Positions 34,510 through 41,914 of a stretch of DNA of 61,502 nt are shown here, piece by piece. The notes under the pieces were generated by a model, which had not been told where the DNA came from, did not search any database, and was given only the letters and a program-made list of their open reading frames with translations. Origin of the DNA: Candidatus Kaiserbacteria bacterium (GTDB lineage: Bacteria; Patescibacteriota; Minisyncoccia; Phycocordibacterales; UBA918); NCBI GenBank assembly GCA_031430855.1, contig JANPCG010000002.1, forward strand, positions 1 to 61,502, in the 5' to 3' direction. The position numbers and the translations under genes were made by a program. Numbering within the stretch: the first letter of the stretch is position 1; each line of letters opens with the position of its first letter.

Positions 34510-34992
34510 ATACTCAAGCTTTGTTCTCAAATCATCCATAAACGTTATCTGTTTTTTGCCAAAACGTTTTAAAAGTGCTGAGTACTTTTTTGAACTTGGC
34601 ACCAATACCCGCTCTAGCTTCTCTTGTTCAATCAAATATTTAACAAGACAATAAAAATCACCATCTCCTGTTACAATCACTGCTTTATCATAACGAGAAA
34701 ACTCAATCATCGCTTGAAGCACCAATTCTGCATCACAATTTCCTTTGGTTGTTCCATCACGATAAGTCAAAGTGGGTTTAAACACACAAATAAAACCAGC
34801 CGACTGTAATTGTGTATACAAATCATTATTTCCTTCAATATACCCAATAAACAGAAAGGCTTTTGTGATTCCGTATTTCTCTTTCAAATAAACCCGAAAT
34901 CGTGACCATTCTAATTTCCAACCTTGATCGCGAATTGCCAAATTTACATTTTGACTATCAATAAATGCGTAGTTATTAGACGGCTTGTACAT
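34465..34992 (-). CDS. NYN-domain (LabA/PIN-like) ribonuclease
   Basis: 175 aa. YAFIDSQNVNLAI...GNCDAELVLQAM...AVIVTGDGDFYCLVKYL. Markedly A+T-rich (38% G+C at 34701-34800 by hand count). Confidence 0.8.
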   Translation of the reverse strand: MYKPSNNYAFIDSQNVNLAIRDQGWKLEWSRFRVYLKEKYGITKAFLFIGYIEGNNDLYTQLQSAGFICVFKPTLTYRDGTTKGNCDAELVLQAMIEFSRYDKAVIVTGDGDFYCLVKYLIEQEKLERVLVPSSKKYSALLKRFGKKQITFMDDLRTKLEYKKKRTPQGRNPTGD

Positions 34993-35120
34993 GCAATTTA
35001 TCCTACCACGACCACTTGGCTATTTACAGAAAAAATTTAAAGATGTTCGGTATGACTATACAAAACCGAAAAATGAAGTATAGTTCCGTCAGAACTGAAC
35101 CCTCAATTGTGGAGCCTGTG

Positions 35121-35825
35121 ATGCCCCGAATCGTTCTCCCCGAAGATACACTGCGTGATGTGGCTCCCGACAGCCGGTGGCTGCAACACCTGGAGTTTAT
35201 GATTCCTGAGGTTCCATTTCCCCAGGAAATCGTGCGCCGACGGAACGGCACGTACCTCGCGAACAAAGTGTTGCCGTTGATTGTTCCGGAAAGCATGGCC
35301 GATCTATTTCCTCGACATGGCCACGACCTCAAGACCATCTTGAGCATCCTCAACTCTTTCAACAACAACTATGCGTGTTCGACCGTTTTTCTCCACCAGA
35401 AGCGGCCGGTCACGTACTTGCCATGGCCGGATGATGGCACCGAAACCGAACTCAAGTTCAACGTCCAAGTTGAACTGCCTGGTGGTATCATCGAAGCCGG
35501 TGAACTCTCGAAGATCGCGGCGAGCCGTGAACTGATGGAAGAAACGGGACTCAAGCGAGTAGTGGCAAGTGCCCCGCTGTTCCCCGGCTACATCGGCAAC
35601 GATGCCGGTACGCACCAGGAACGCTACGGCTTCTGGCTCGCAATCTGTACGGGTAGCCCGCAGACAACGCTCGAACAAAGAGCCGAGGGAATCGTTCGGG
35701 CCGAAGTGATTGATTTGCCTCAGGCAGTCGCTCACCTCACCTCCCGGATGTCCGAGGGATATTTGATTGAATGGGCAGCCATGCTTGGTCATACCCATCT
35801 TCAATCCTTGCTGCAAAGAATCTAG
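35121..35825 (+). CDS. NUDIX hydrolase with a ~130-aa N-terminal extension of unknown function
   Basis: Nudix box GGIIEAGELSKIAASRELMEETGL. Start is uncertain: the track has a TTG at 35016, with ATGs at 35043, 35052 and 35073. I prefer ATG 35121 because GGAG lies 6 nt upstream and the G+C shift begins near 35090. Confidence 0.7.
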   Translation: MPRIVLPEDTLRDVAPDSRWLQHLEFMIPEVPFPQEIVRRRNGTYLANKVLPLIVPESMADLFPRHGHDLKTILSILNSFNNNYACSTVFLHQKRPVTYLPWPDDGTETELKFNVQVELPGGIIEAGELSKIAASRELMEETGLKRVVASAPLFPGYIGNDAGTHQERYGFWLAICTGSPQTTLEQRAEGIVRAEVIDLPQAVAHLTSRMSEGYLIEWAAMLGHTHLQSLLQRI

Positions 35826-35831
35826 AGCACA

Positions 35832-35877
35832 CGGACGCCATCCTCTACGGGTGGCGTCCGATTTCTATATATTTTTT
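35832..35877. terminator. G+C-rich terminator between the convergent NUDIX and GT4 genes
   Basis: 9-bp stem CGGACGCCA/TGGCGTCCG (35832-35840 with 35852-35860), followed by ATTTCTATATATTTTTT. Confidence 0.6.
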
Positions 35878-36977
35878 AATGTCGCAACAATTTTTTCTAC
35901 TGCTGCACTAGCCGAAAAACTTTCGGACCGACTTCGGGCAGCCGTCACATAATCACGCTGCATTTTTTCGTCTGCTAACAGAGTGGAAATAGCCGCATCA
36001 AATGCTACCGTATCATTAACATCAACCAACCGACCCTCGACCCCATCAGTAATTAATTCTGGATTACCACCGACCGGAGTAGTAATAATAGGTATCCCAA
36101 TCGACATTACTTCAAGCAACTGATGAGACAGTCCCTCGTACGCAGTATTAAGTACAAATACATCAGCCGCCTTAATCACGGCAAAAAGGGCATCTTGCGT
36201 GAGTGCCCCCACAAACCGGACCTCGTCGTTTACGCCTTTAGATTCTGCGTAGGTTTTAAGCACAGCCTCTTCGGGACCACTCCCGGCGATGACCAGTGTC
36301 GTATTCTCTCCTCGCGCTTTACGCAGTGCAACCACATCAATCACGGTCCGGAATCCCTTCCACGGAGTGAGTCGTCCGACCGATACAATCGTTGGGTTTG
36401 TAAAATTAAAATCCTCCCGGAGAGTCGTGCGATCAGCCGAAACTGTTATTGGTTCTACCGCACTATAGAGCACAGAAATATTTTTTACGGGAACCCCCCA
36501 GGTCGCCACAATTGATTTGAGGTATTCGCTCGGTACAATTACCCGCTTTGCTCCTCGAGTCACCCAACCCTGTACGGCAGCCAAAACCCGGACAGCAAGC
36601 GGCCGGGCACACGTACGATTCGTATATTCATCGAGCGTACCCAGAACGCCAAATCGTTGTACGCCCTGCTCCCAGGCATAGTCACCCCCGAGACGAACCA
36701 CCAAGGGCACTCGCCTAAACATAGCCACCAAACGCGCCGGCAGCCCCACACTCATGGGATCAAGCGCATAAATGAGATTCACGTCGTGACTATGCTGCCA
36801 TAACCGAAACGTATAGACCAGATGTCGCCCCAGTTTATGGACGTGCCGCACGGTACCGTACGGCAAAACAACCACTTCGATTCCTTCCTGTGGTAGCTCG
36901 CGCGACAACATACTGGCGTACGTCGCCGGACCGCCAATATCAGGTAGATAGAGGCCAGCCGCCAAGAGAATTTTCAT
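35865..36977 (-). CDS. GT4-family glycosyltransferase
   Basis: MKILLAAGLYLPDIGGPATY...VSVGRLTPWKGF...VIAGSGPEE...ADVFVLNTAYEGLSHQLLEVMSIGIPIITTPVGG. Confidence 0.8.
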   Translation of the reverse strand: MKILLAAGLYLPDIGGPATYASMLSRELPQEGIEVVVLPYGTVRHVHKLGRHLVYTFRLWQHSHDVNLIYALDPMSVGLPARLVAMFRRVPLVVRLGGDYAWEQGVQRFGVLGTLDEYTNRTCARPLAVRVLAAVQGWVTRGAKRVIVPSEYLKSIVATWGVPVKNISVLYSAVEPITVSADRTTLREDFNFTNPTIVSVGRLTPWKGFRTVIDVVALRKARGENTTLVIAGSGPEEAVLKTYAESKGVNDEVRFVGALTQDALFAVIKAADVFVLNTAYEGLSHQLLEVMSIGIPIITTPVGGNPELITDGVEGRLVDVNDTVAFDAAISTLLADEKMQRDYVTAARSRSESFSASAAVEKIVATLKNI

Positions 36978-36985
36978 AGTACTGT

Positions 36986-36991
36986 AGTATA
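36986..36991 (-). promoter_or_regulatory. -10 box GGTATACT, 8 nt upstream of ATG 36977
   Basis: Reverse complement of 36978-36993 reads GGTATACTacagtact followed by ATG. Confidence 0.45.
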
Positions 36992-37052
36992 CCGCGCCTG
37001 ACCGGAGTGGTAAATTTGTGACCTTTTTTAATTACCCTTAGTTATGGTACGG

Positions 37053-37058
37053 TATACT
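37053..37058 (+). promoter_or_regulatory. -10 box GGTATACT, 8 nt upstream of ATG 37067
   Basis: 37051-37069 reads GGTATACTttcaccatATG. Confidence 0.45.
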
Positions 37059-37066
37059 TTCACCAT

Positions 37067-37609
37067 ATGAGACTCTCCTTTGTAACCCCCCTATTCCCAC
37101 CCGACGTACATGCCGTCGCTCTCTACCACAAGGCATTGGTGGGTGAACTCGCCAAAACCCACAACACAACGGCTCTTATATACGGGAAATATCCAGAAGC
37201 GGTCGAGCGAGTAACGTTTGTAGCTATCGACAAACAAGAACATAAGCGGGCCCGCGTAATTAAAATGCTCCTAGCTTTACTAAAAGCACGTTCGACCACT
37301 GACGTCTATCTTATTACTAACGGCCCCTCTACGGAACTGCCTGCCTTAGTCCTTTCTTACCTCACGAGGAAACCTATCATCCTTTTACAGTCAGACTGGA
37401 TTATGTATAGTCGATTTAATGGATTTTTTAGTAACCGATTAATTAAACGGATTGAACACACTATAAACGTAATGGTTATTTCCGATCTGATTAAACCAGA
37501 GATTCACCCACTGTTACCGTACCCCACCGAAGCTATAACTCGTTATGAAAAAGAATGGGATGAACACACTTCAGCAATTTCTCAACTCGTCTACTATGTC
37601 GGCACCTAA
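37067..37609 (+). CDS. Stand-alone GT-B N-terminal-half-like protein (180 aa); split or relic glycosyltransferase
   Basis: MRLSFVTPLFPPDVHAVALYHKALVGELAKTHNTTALIYG parallels the N-terminus of the divergent GT4 gene (MKILLAAGLYLPDIGGPATYASMLSRELPQEG). No C-terminal donor-binding half is present. Confidence 0.4.
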   Translation: MRLSFVTPLFPPDVHAVALYHKALVGELAKTHNTTALIYGKYPEAVERVTFVAIDKQEHKRARVIKMLLALLKARSTTDVYLITNGPSTELPALVLSYLTRKPIILLQSDWIMYSRFNGFFSNRLIKRIEHTINVMVISDLIKPEIHPLLPYPTEAITRYEKEWDEHTSAISQLVYYVGT

Positions 37610-38678
37610 TACTACAGAAACTGAAGTTACAAATATAACCGTCCTCTTGCGTGAGCACGGCTATACTCTTGCAGCTGAACAACCGCACCTCTTAGGCGAA
37701 CGGTATCTCATGCAGGCGGTCACAACGGTCGGTGGATTTAAATATATTTTGAAAGGTACCACCACAGGGGGCGAACCGGTTATTATCAAAGTGAGCCGTG
37801 ACGCCGTGGGTCGCGCCGAAATTGAACATGAGCGATTGTGTCGCTCCCTCATTAACACCTTGGAATTTGCGTATGATGTATTTGCTGCCCCAACTGAAGT
37901 CGCCCATTTTACCACGGGCATTTACCTCATCAATATTCAAGCCTACATTCCCCAGACGATCAGTTTTCTTGAGCGACCACTTTTGGAGCAATTTAATTTT
38001 GCGCTCGCTGCCTTTAAAGCCCAGGAAGGTGCGCGCGCAACAACCGGAGAACACACCACCCTCATCAGTCGCACCTTTGGCTACAAGCGAGCACCCGACT
38101 ATCTAACATTACTACGTGAATTTATTGTGGTGGTTAGCACTCAAAACTCCGCTGCATTCGCCCTCCCTGAAATGACCACCGCCCTTAGGGAACTTGAGCA
38201 AAATCAAATTACCATTGAACAATATGGCGGATTTTTAACCCATACCGATTTTGTCCCCCATAATTTCCGTATCCATAACGACCACCTCTACCTCCTCGAT
38301 TTCTCCGCTATCAGGTTCGGCAACAAACATGAAGGCTGGGCGCGCTTTTTAAATTTTATGACCCTCTATGAACCTCAGCTCGAACACCATCTCATTACCT
38401 ACATCAATCAAAATCGCGCACCCGAAGAACGTCGCTCGCTCCAATTGATGCGACTATTCAGACTTTGTGAACTTATTACTTACTACACCAAAACCCTGGA
38501 CCGGAGTGAGGGTGATTTACTCTCACTTAATGAAGTGCGGATTACGTATTGGCACGAAGTCTTAAAAGCTGAACTTGATAACAAACGAGTATCTCCCACT
38601 ATTACCAGCATGTACAAAACGAGGCGAGATGAACTCCGGAGTGAATCAGAAAAAATCCGCCAACACGGACTCCACTAA
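37596..38678 (+). CDS. Aminoglycoside/choline-kinase-like phosphotransferase (APH fold)
   Basis: FLTHTDFVPHNFRIHNDHLYLLDFSAIRFGNKHEGWARF (HxDxxxxN...D catalytic pattern). ATG 37596 overlaps the upstream stop; the track start is 37545. Confidence 0.65.
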   Translation: MSAPNTTETEVTNITVLLREHGYTLAAEQPHLLGERYLMQAVTTVGGFKYILKGTTTGGEPVIIKVSRDAVGRAEIEHERLCRSLINTLEFAYDVFAAPTEVAHFTTGIYLINIQAYIPQTISFLERPLLEQFNFALAAFKAQEGARATTGEHTTLISRTFGYKRAPDYLTLLREFIVVVSTQNSAAFALPEMTTALRELEQNQITIEQYGGFLTHTDFVPHNFRIHNDHLYLLDFSAIRFGNKHEGWARFLNFMTLYEPQLEHHLITYINQNRAPEERRSLQLMRLFRLCELITYYTKTLDRSEGDLLSLNEVRITYWHEVLKAELDNKRVSPTITSMYKTRRDELRSESEKIRQHGLH

Positions 38679-39214
38679 GCAGTCGCTTCTATTTGCGTGA
38701 GAATACCATCGTAGGTATCGAGGAGTGGATGTGTCCAGACCGCCTTAAGTTCCGTATACAGCAAACGCTCAAACCACAATTTTTCCGCGCGACCACGATT
38801 AAAATAATTCCACGTGGACTCACCTTCAGCTTTGAGGATAGCGAGCAAATTAGTTGCGTTGTGGATTTTATCGGCGACTGATACCGCCCAGGTTTCTTCA
38901 CCTGCGGCTACCACAGTCTTTACATAGAGCGCCTTTCGCTCTTCCCACACTAAGGCTTTATCCTCACTCACATTTTGTACAATTTTGAGGGCGTCGTTTC
39001 CAATCACCTCTAATAATTGACTGACTGCAACTTCAGTATCTTCAAGCACATCATGCGTTAACGCAGCCGCTACTACGACCTCAGGAAATCCGGCTGACTC
39101 GACAATACGGGCTACCATAATCGGATGGACTATATATGGTGAATTATCGTGTTTTCGCACTTGTCCCGCATGGGCAGTTACAGCAAGCTGCAGCGCTTTT
39201 TCATAGAGTATCAT
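38675..39214 (-). CDS. HD-domain small alarmone hydrolase-like protein (SpoT/Mesh1-type (p)ppGpp hydrolase fold)
   Basis: AHAGQVRKHDNSPYIVHPIMVARIV...VVAAALTHDVLEDT. Confidence 0.7.
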   Translation of the reverse strand: MILYEKALQLAVTAHAGQVRKHDNSPYIVHPIMVARIVESAGFPEVVVAAALTHDVLEDTEVAVSQLLEVIGNDALKIVQNVSEDKALVWEERKALYVKTVVAAGEETWAVSVADKIHNATNLLAILKAEGESTWNYFNRGRAEKLWFERLLYTELKAVWTHPLLDTYDGILTQIEATA

Positions 39215-39220
39215 AGAGAT

Positions 39221-40402
39221 TTACAAAGTTACCGGATTAAAAATTTCTGTCTGCATTTGTTTCGCTATCTTGTCCCAATCGTATAATTCCTCAACCATAT
39301 GCCTTGCGTTCCCTGCCACTCGTGCTGCTTCATCGGGATTCGCTAAAATATTTACTACCGCCGCGGCAATCGCTTCACTATTATCAACCGGGACAATCCA
39401 GGCAGTACGCCCATACTTACTCACGTAATCAGTACCAAAGGAATATTCCTCGAGTCCACCGACCCCTGTAGTAATAAACGGAAGGCGTGACGCAAGGGCT
39501 GAAAGTCCTGCATTCCCCAATCCTTCTGAACGACTCGGCATCACAAAGATATCGGAAATCAAGCGATACTTCGTGACCAGCGTCCGATCAATTTGACCAG
39601 TAAAAATCACACGATTAGTAAGATTCAGTTCAGTCGTAAGCGCACGCAACATGCCCTCCTCCTCGCCCGCTCCCACTATCAAAAACTTTATATGTGCAGG
39701 CATATTCACGAGCGACCTTATGACCACATCAAAGGCTTTCTGATGAACCAACCGCGCCGTGTTTACGAGCCAGATTTCTCCTGGTTGCTTACCAAGCTCA
39801 ACTTTAAGCGTCTCGATATCGGCCGCGGTGTATGAATCCTCTTTCAGCGCAGCTGGATTAGCACCGTTATAAATTTTCACTACCAGACCTTGGTAGCCAC
39901 GCAGCGCAGGCCACGTACCCAGGTAATCCGAAATCACCTGAAACTTTGCCGCATTTCTAAATCCCCGGTCAATGAGTGGCACGAAAGGCATAATTGCTAA
40001 TCGCCCGAAAACCTTATCGTACGGATCTCCATCCTGGAGTGTCATCACGTACGGCGCTCGCACCCCGAGGAGTCGCAACAACATGATTGGAATACTCATG
40101 TAGGTCATCATTCCCCAGAACGCAGTAAATGACTCATTGCGGTGGAGCTGTTTGGCTTTTAAGGAGGCTTGAAATAAAAAGAAAATCTTCGCAAATTTTG
40201 AACCGCTGTTTCCTACTCGATGTACGAGCACGTTTCCAATCTGTTCGACCGGGAGCGCATCAGGCGCAAACCGCAAGGTAATCATCTGAAATGAAATCTC
40301 TTCTGGCTTAATTCGTTCGGTAATTTCTTTAATCGCCGCCTCAGCGCCTGAGACGTTACTCGGGTAGTAGGCCAGCGAAAATATGAGAATCTTTTTTTGC
40401 AT
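39221..40402 (-). CDS. GT4-family glycosyltransferase
   Basis: LVNTARLVHQKAFD...LIVGAGEEE...SDIFVMPSRSEGLGNAGLSALASRLPFITTGVGG. Confidence 0.8.
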   Translation of the reverse strand: MQKKILIFSLAYYPSNVSGAEAAIKEITERIKPEEISFQMITLRFAPDALPVEQIGNVLVHRVGNSGSKFAKIFFLFQASLKAKQLHRNESFTAFWGMMTYMSIPIMLLRLLGVRAPYVMTLQDGDPYDKVFGRLAIMPFVPLIDRGFRNAAKFQVISDYLGTWPALRGYQGLVVKIYNGANPAALKEDSYTAADIETLKVELGKQPGEIWLVNTARLVHQKAFDVVIRSLVNMPAHIKFLIVGAGEEEGMLRALTTELNLTNRVIFTGQIDRTLVTKYRLISDIFVMPSRSEGLGNAGLSALASRLPFITTGVGGLEEYSFGTDYVSKYGRTAWIVPVDNSEAIAAAVVNILANPDEAARVAGNARHMVEELYDWDKIAKQMQTEIFNPVTL

Positions 40403-40408
40403 GGCCGC

Positions 40409-40414
40409 AGTATA
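40409..40414 (-). promoter_or_regulatory. -10 box TATACT, 6 nt upstream of ATG 40402
   Basis: Reverse complement of 40403-40416 reads GCTATACTgcggcc followed by ATG. Confidence 0.4.
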
Positions 40415-40415
40415 G

Positions 40416-40456
40416 CAAATAAAAGAATGCCCCGCGCCATTCTGGTGGCGCGGGGC
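40416..40456 (-). terminator. G+C-rich rho-independent terminator after the cupin gene
   Basis: 11-bp stem GCCCCGCGCCA/TGGCGCGGGGC (40429-40439 with 40446-40456). On the minus strand it is followed by ATTCTTTTATTTGC. Confidence 0.7.
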
Positions 40457-40463
40457 TATCCAA

Positions 40464-40922
40464 TTAAAATCGGATCATAGTGTCATACAGTTCCTGCATC
40501 ACCTCGACAACTCCCACCGGAATATTAGGCCAGACATCCCGGTCACGCTCGACATCAACGTCGGCAAGGGCGACCTGAATGGTGACGAATTCCGTTCCCG
40601 AACCGGTCAGGATGTCATGCCAGACGCCTGAACTGAAGCAAAAGCTCTCACCTTCACGATAGATTTTCCCACCTATCTCATCACCATCAAGCCACACCGC
40701 AGCAAGTGCACCGGACACGACCACATACCGTTCCTGTTGATGATGATGGCAGTGGAAGCTACCTTGCCATGCGAACTCTTTGGCTTTTGTCGCATGAATG
40801 GCTTTCGTCTTCATTCCGAGATGTTTCCCTGGCCGCAGCCTGGTGCGGATTTCACCTGCTCCAACCACTTTGAATGTGGCTTCCAGGTGGTAACCCTCTA
40901 GATTTTCTCGTGTATTGTCCAT
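40464..40922 (-). CDS. Cupin-domain protein (possibly a sugar-nucleotide isomerase/epimerase-type cupin)
   Basis: 152 aa. ...FHCHHHQQERYVVVSGALAAVWLDGDE...GVWHDI... (two-His cupin motifs). G+C-rich (55% at 40561-40660). AGGGAG lies 5 nt upstream of the ATG. Confidence 0.6.
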   Translation of the reverse strand: MDNTRENLEGYHLEATFKVVGAGEIRTRLRPGKHLGMKTKAIHATKAKEFAWQGSFHCHHHQQERYVVVSGALAAVWLDGDEIGGKIYREGESFCFSSGVWHDILTGSGTEFVTIQVALADVDVERDRDVWPNIPVGVVEVMQELYDTMIRF

Positions 40923-40981
40923 TCTTTCTCCCTCGCGCCCTAAGCGCAGTTGCAGAATCCTCCCAAAACTATATCACGATT

Positions 40982-41869
40982 TTAAATATTTTCAAGGGTA
41001 TTAGCGATGTAGTCAGTAAGTTTCAACTGCTGCAGCCAGCCGAGAGCTTCTAAGTTTGTCGTATCATCAGCACCAGACGAGCGAGTGGAAAGTGTGGTTG
41101 GAGCGTATGTTTTTTCTATTCCGAAGAGATCAGCCAGTTCGTTAAGTGAGTAGACCTCTTTAGCTGAAATAGCGTACTCTTCCCGTCCCCCCTTCTCTCC
41201 AATCAGTACCAGAGCTGCAACCGTATCAAATACATGAGTAAAGGCGCGAGTCTGCATGCCATCACCATTTATGGTAGCAGGCGTTTTTGCGTACACACTC
41301 TGCCTGAACGTTTCTACTACCGTCCCATACGCTCCGTTACTCTGCCCCGCTCGCTCGCGCGGACCATACACATTATAGAAATACGCAATCGAGTACTCGA
41401 GATCATACCAGCGCCCGTAGTTATGCACGAGTTCCGAATTCATCGCCTTGGCAAAATTATAAGGTGCACGGTCACGACCTGCCACCTCCCCACTTCGCGC
41501 GTCGTCCACAAATTTCGTTGACGACCCCGCGTAGATGAGTTTACATTTTTTGGCCCGCCAGTATTCAAGTACCGAAAGGGTGCCGAGGACATTTAAATCC
41601 CACACGACTGCTGGCTCTGCCAGACTGGGTAAAATCCTTGAATACTCACCAAGGTGATACACCACATCAGGTGTTTCGGGAATAAGCATCGCGATGTCTT
41701 TGGTATGACCAGTACGGTACTCAACACCAGTCACATGATTATCAGTCGTGCCGGTAAAATAGTTATCAAGCGAAATGACGCGATGACCGTCATTAACTAA
41801 TCGCTCACAGAGATGTGACCCAACAAACCCCGCGCCACCAGTAACCACAATCGTTTTTTGCATATTCAC
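40982..41869 (-). CDS. NAD-dependent sugar-nucleotide epimerase/dehydratase (extended SDR; UDP-glucuronate-decarboxylase-like)
   Basis: IVVTGGAGFVGSHLCERLVNDGHRVISLDNYFTG and the catalytic motif YNFAK. Confidence 0.8.
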   Translation of the reverse strand: MNMQKTIVVTGGAGFVGSHLCERLVNDGHRVISLDNYFTGTTDNHVTGVEYRTGHTKDIAMLIPETPDVVYHLGEYSRILPSLAEPAVVWDLNVLGTLSVLEYWRAKKCKLIYAGSSTKFVDDARSGEVAGRDRAPYNFAKAMNSELVHNYGRWYDLEYSIAYFYNVYGPRERAGQSNGAYGTVVETFRQSVYAKTPATINGDGMQTRAFTHVFDTVAALVLIGEKGGREEYAISAKEVYSLNELADLFGIEKTYAPTTLSTRSSGADDTTNLEALGWLQQLKLTDYIANTLENI

Positions 41870-41914
41870 TACAATACTACTAAATCAGGGAATTAAAAGT
41901 AACTACAAACAGAT

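Noticed and set aside
35304-35816. 170-aa minus-strand ORF (and 35024..35368, 35369..35554) antisense to the NUDIX gene.
   Set aside because: These are typical long shadow ORFs in G+C-rich DNA. The plus strand carries a canonical Nudix box, an SD and a terminator.
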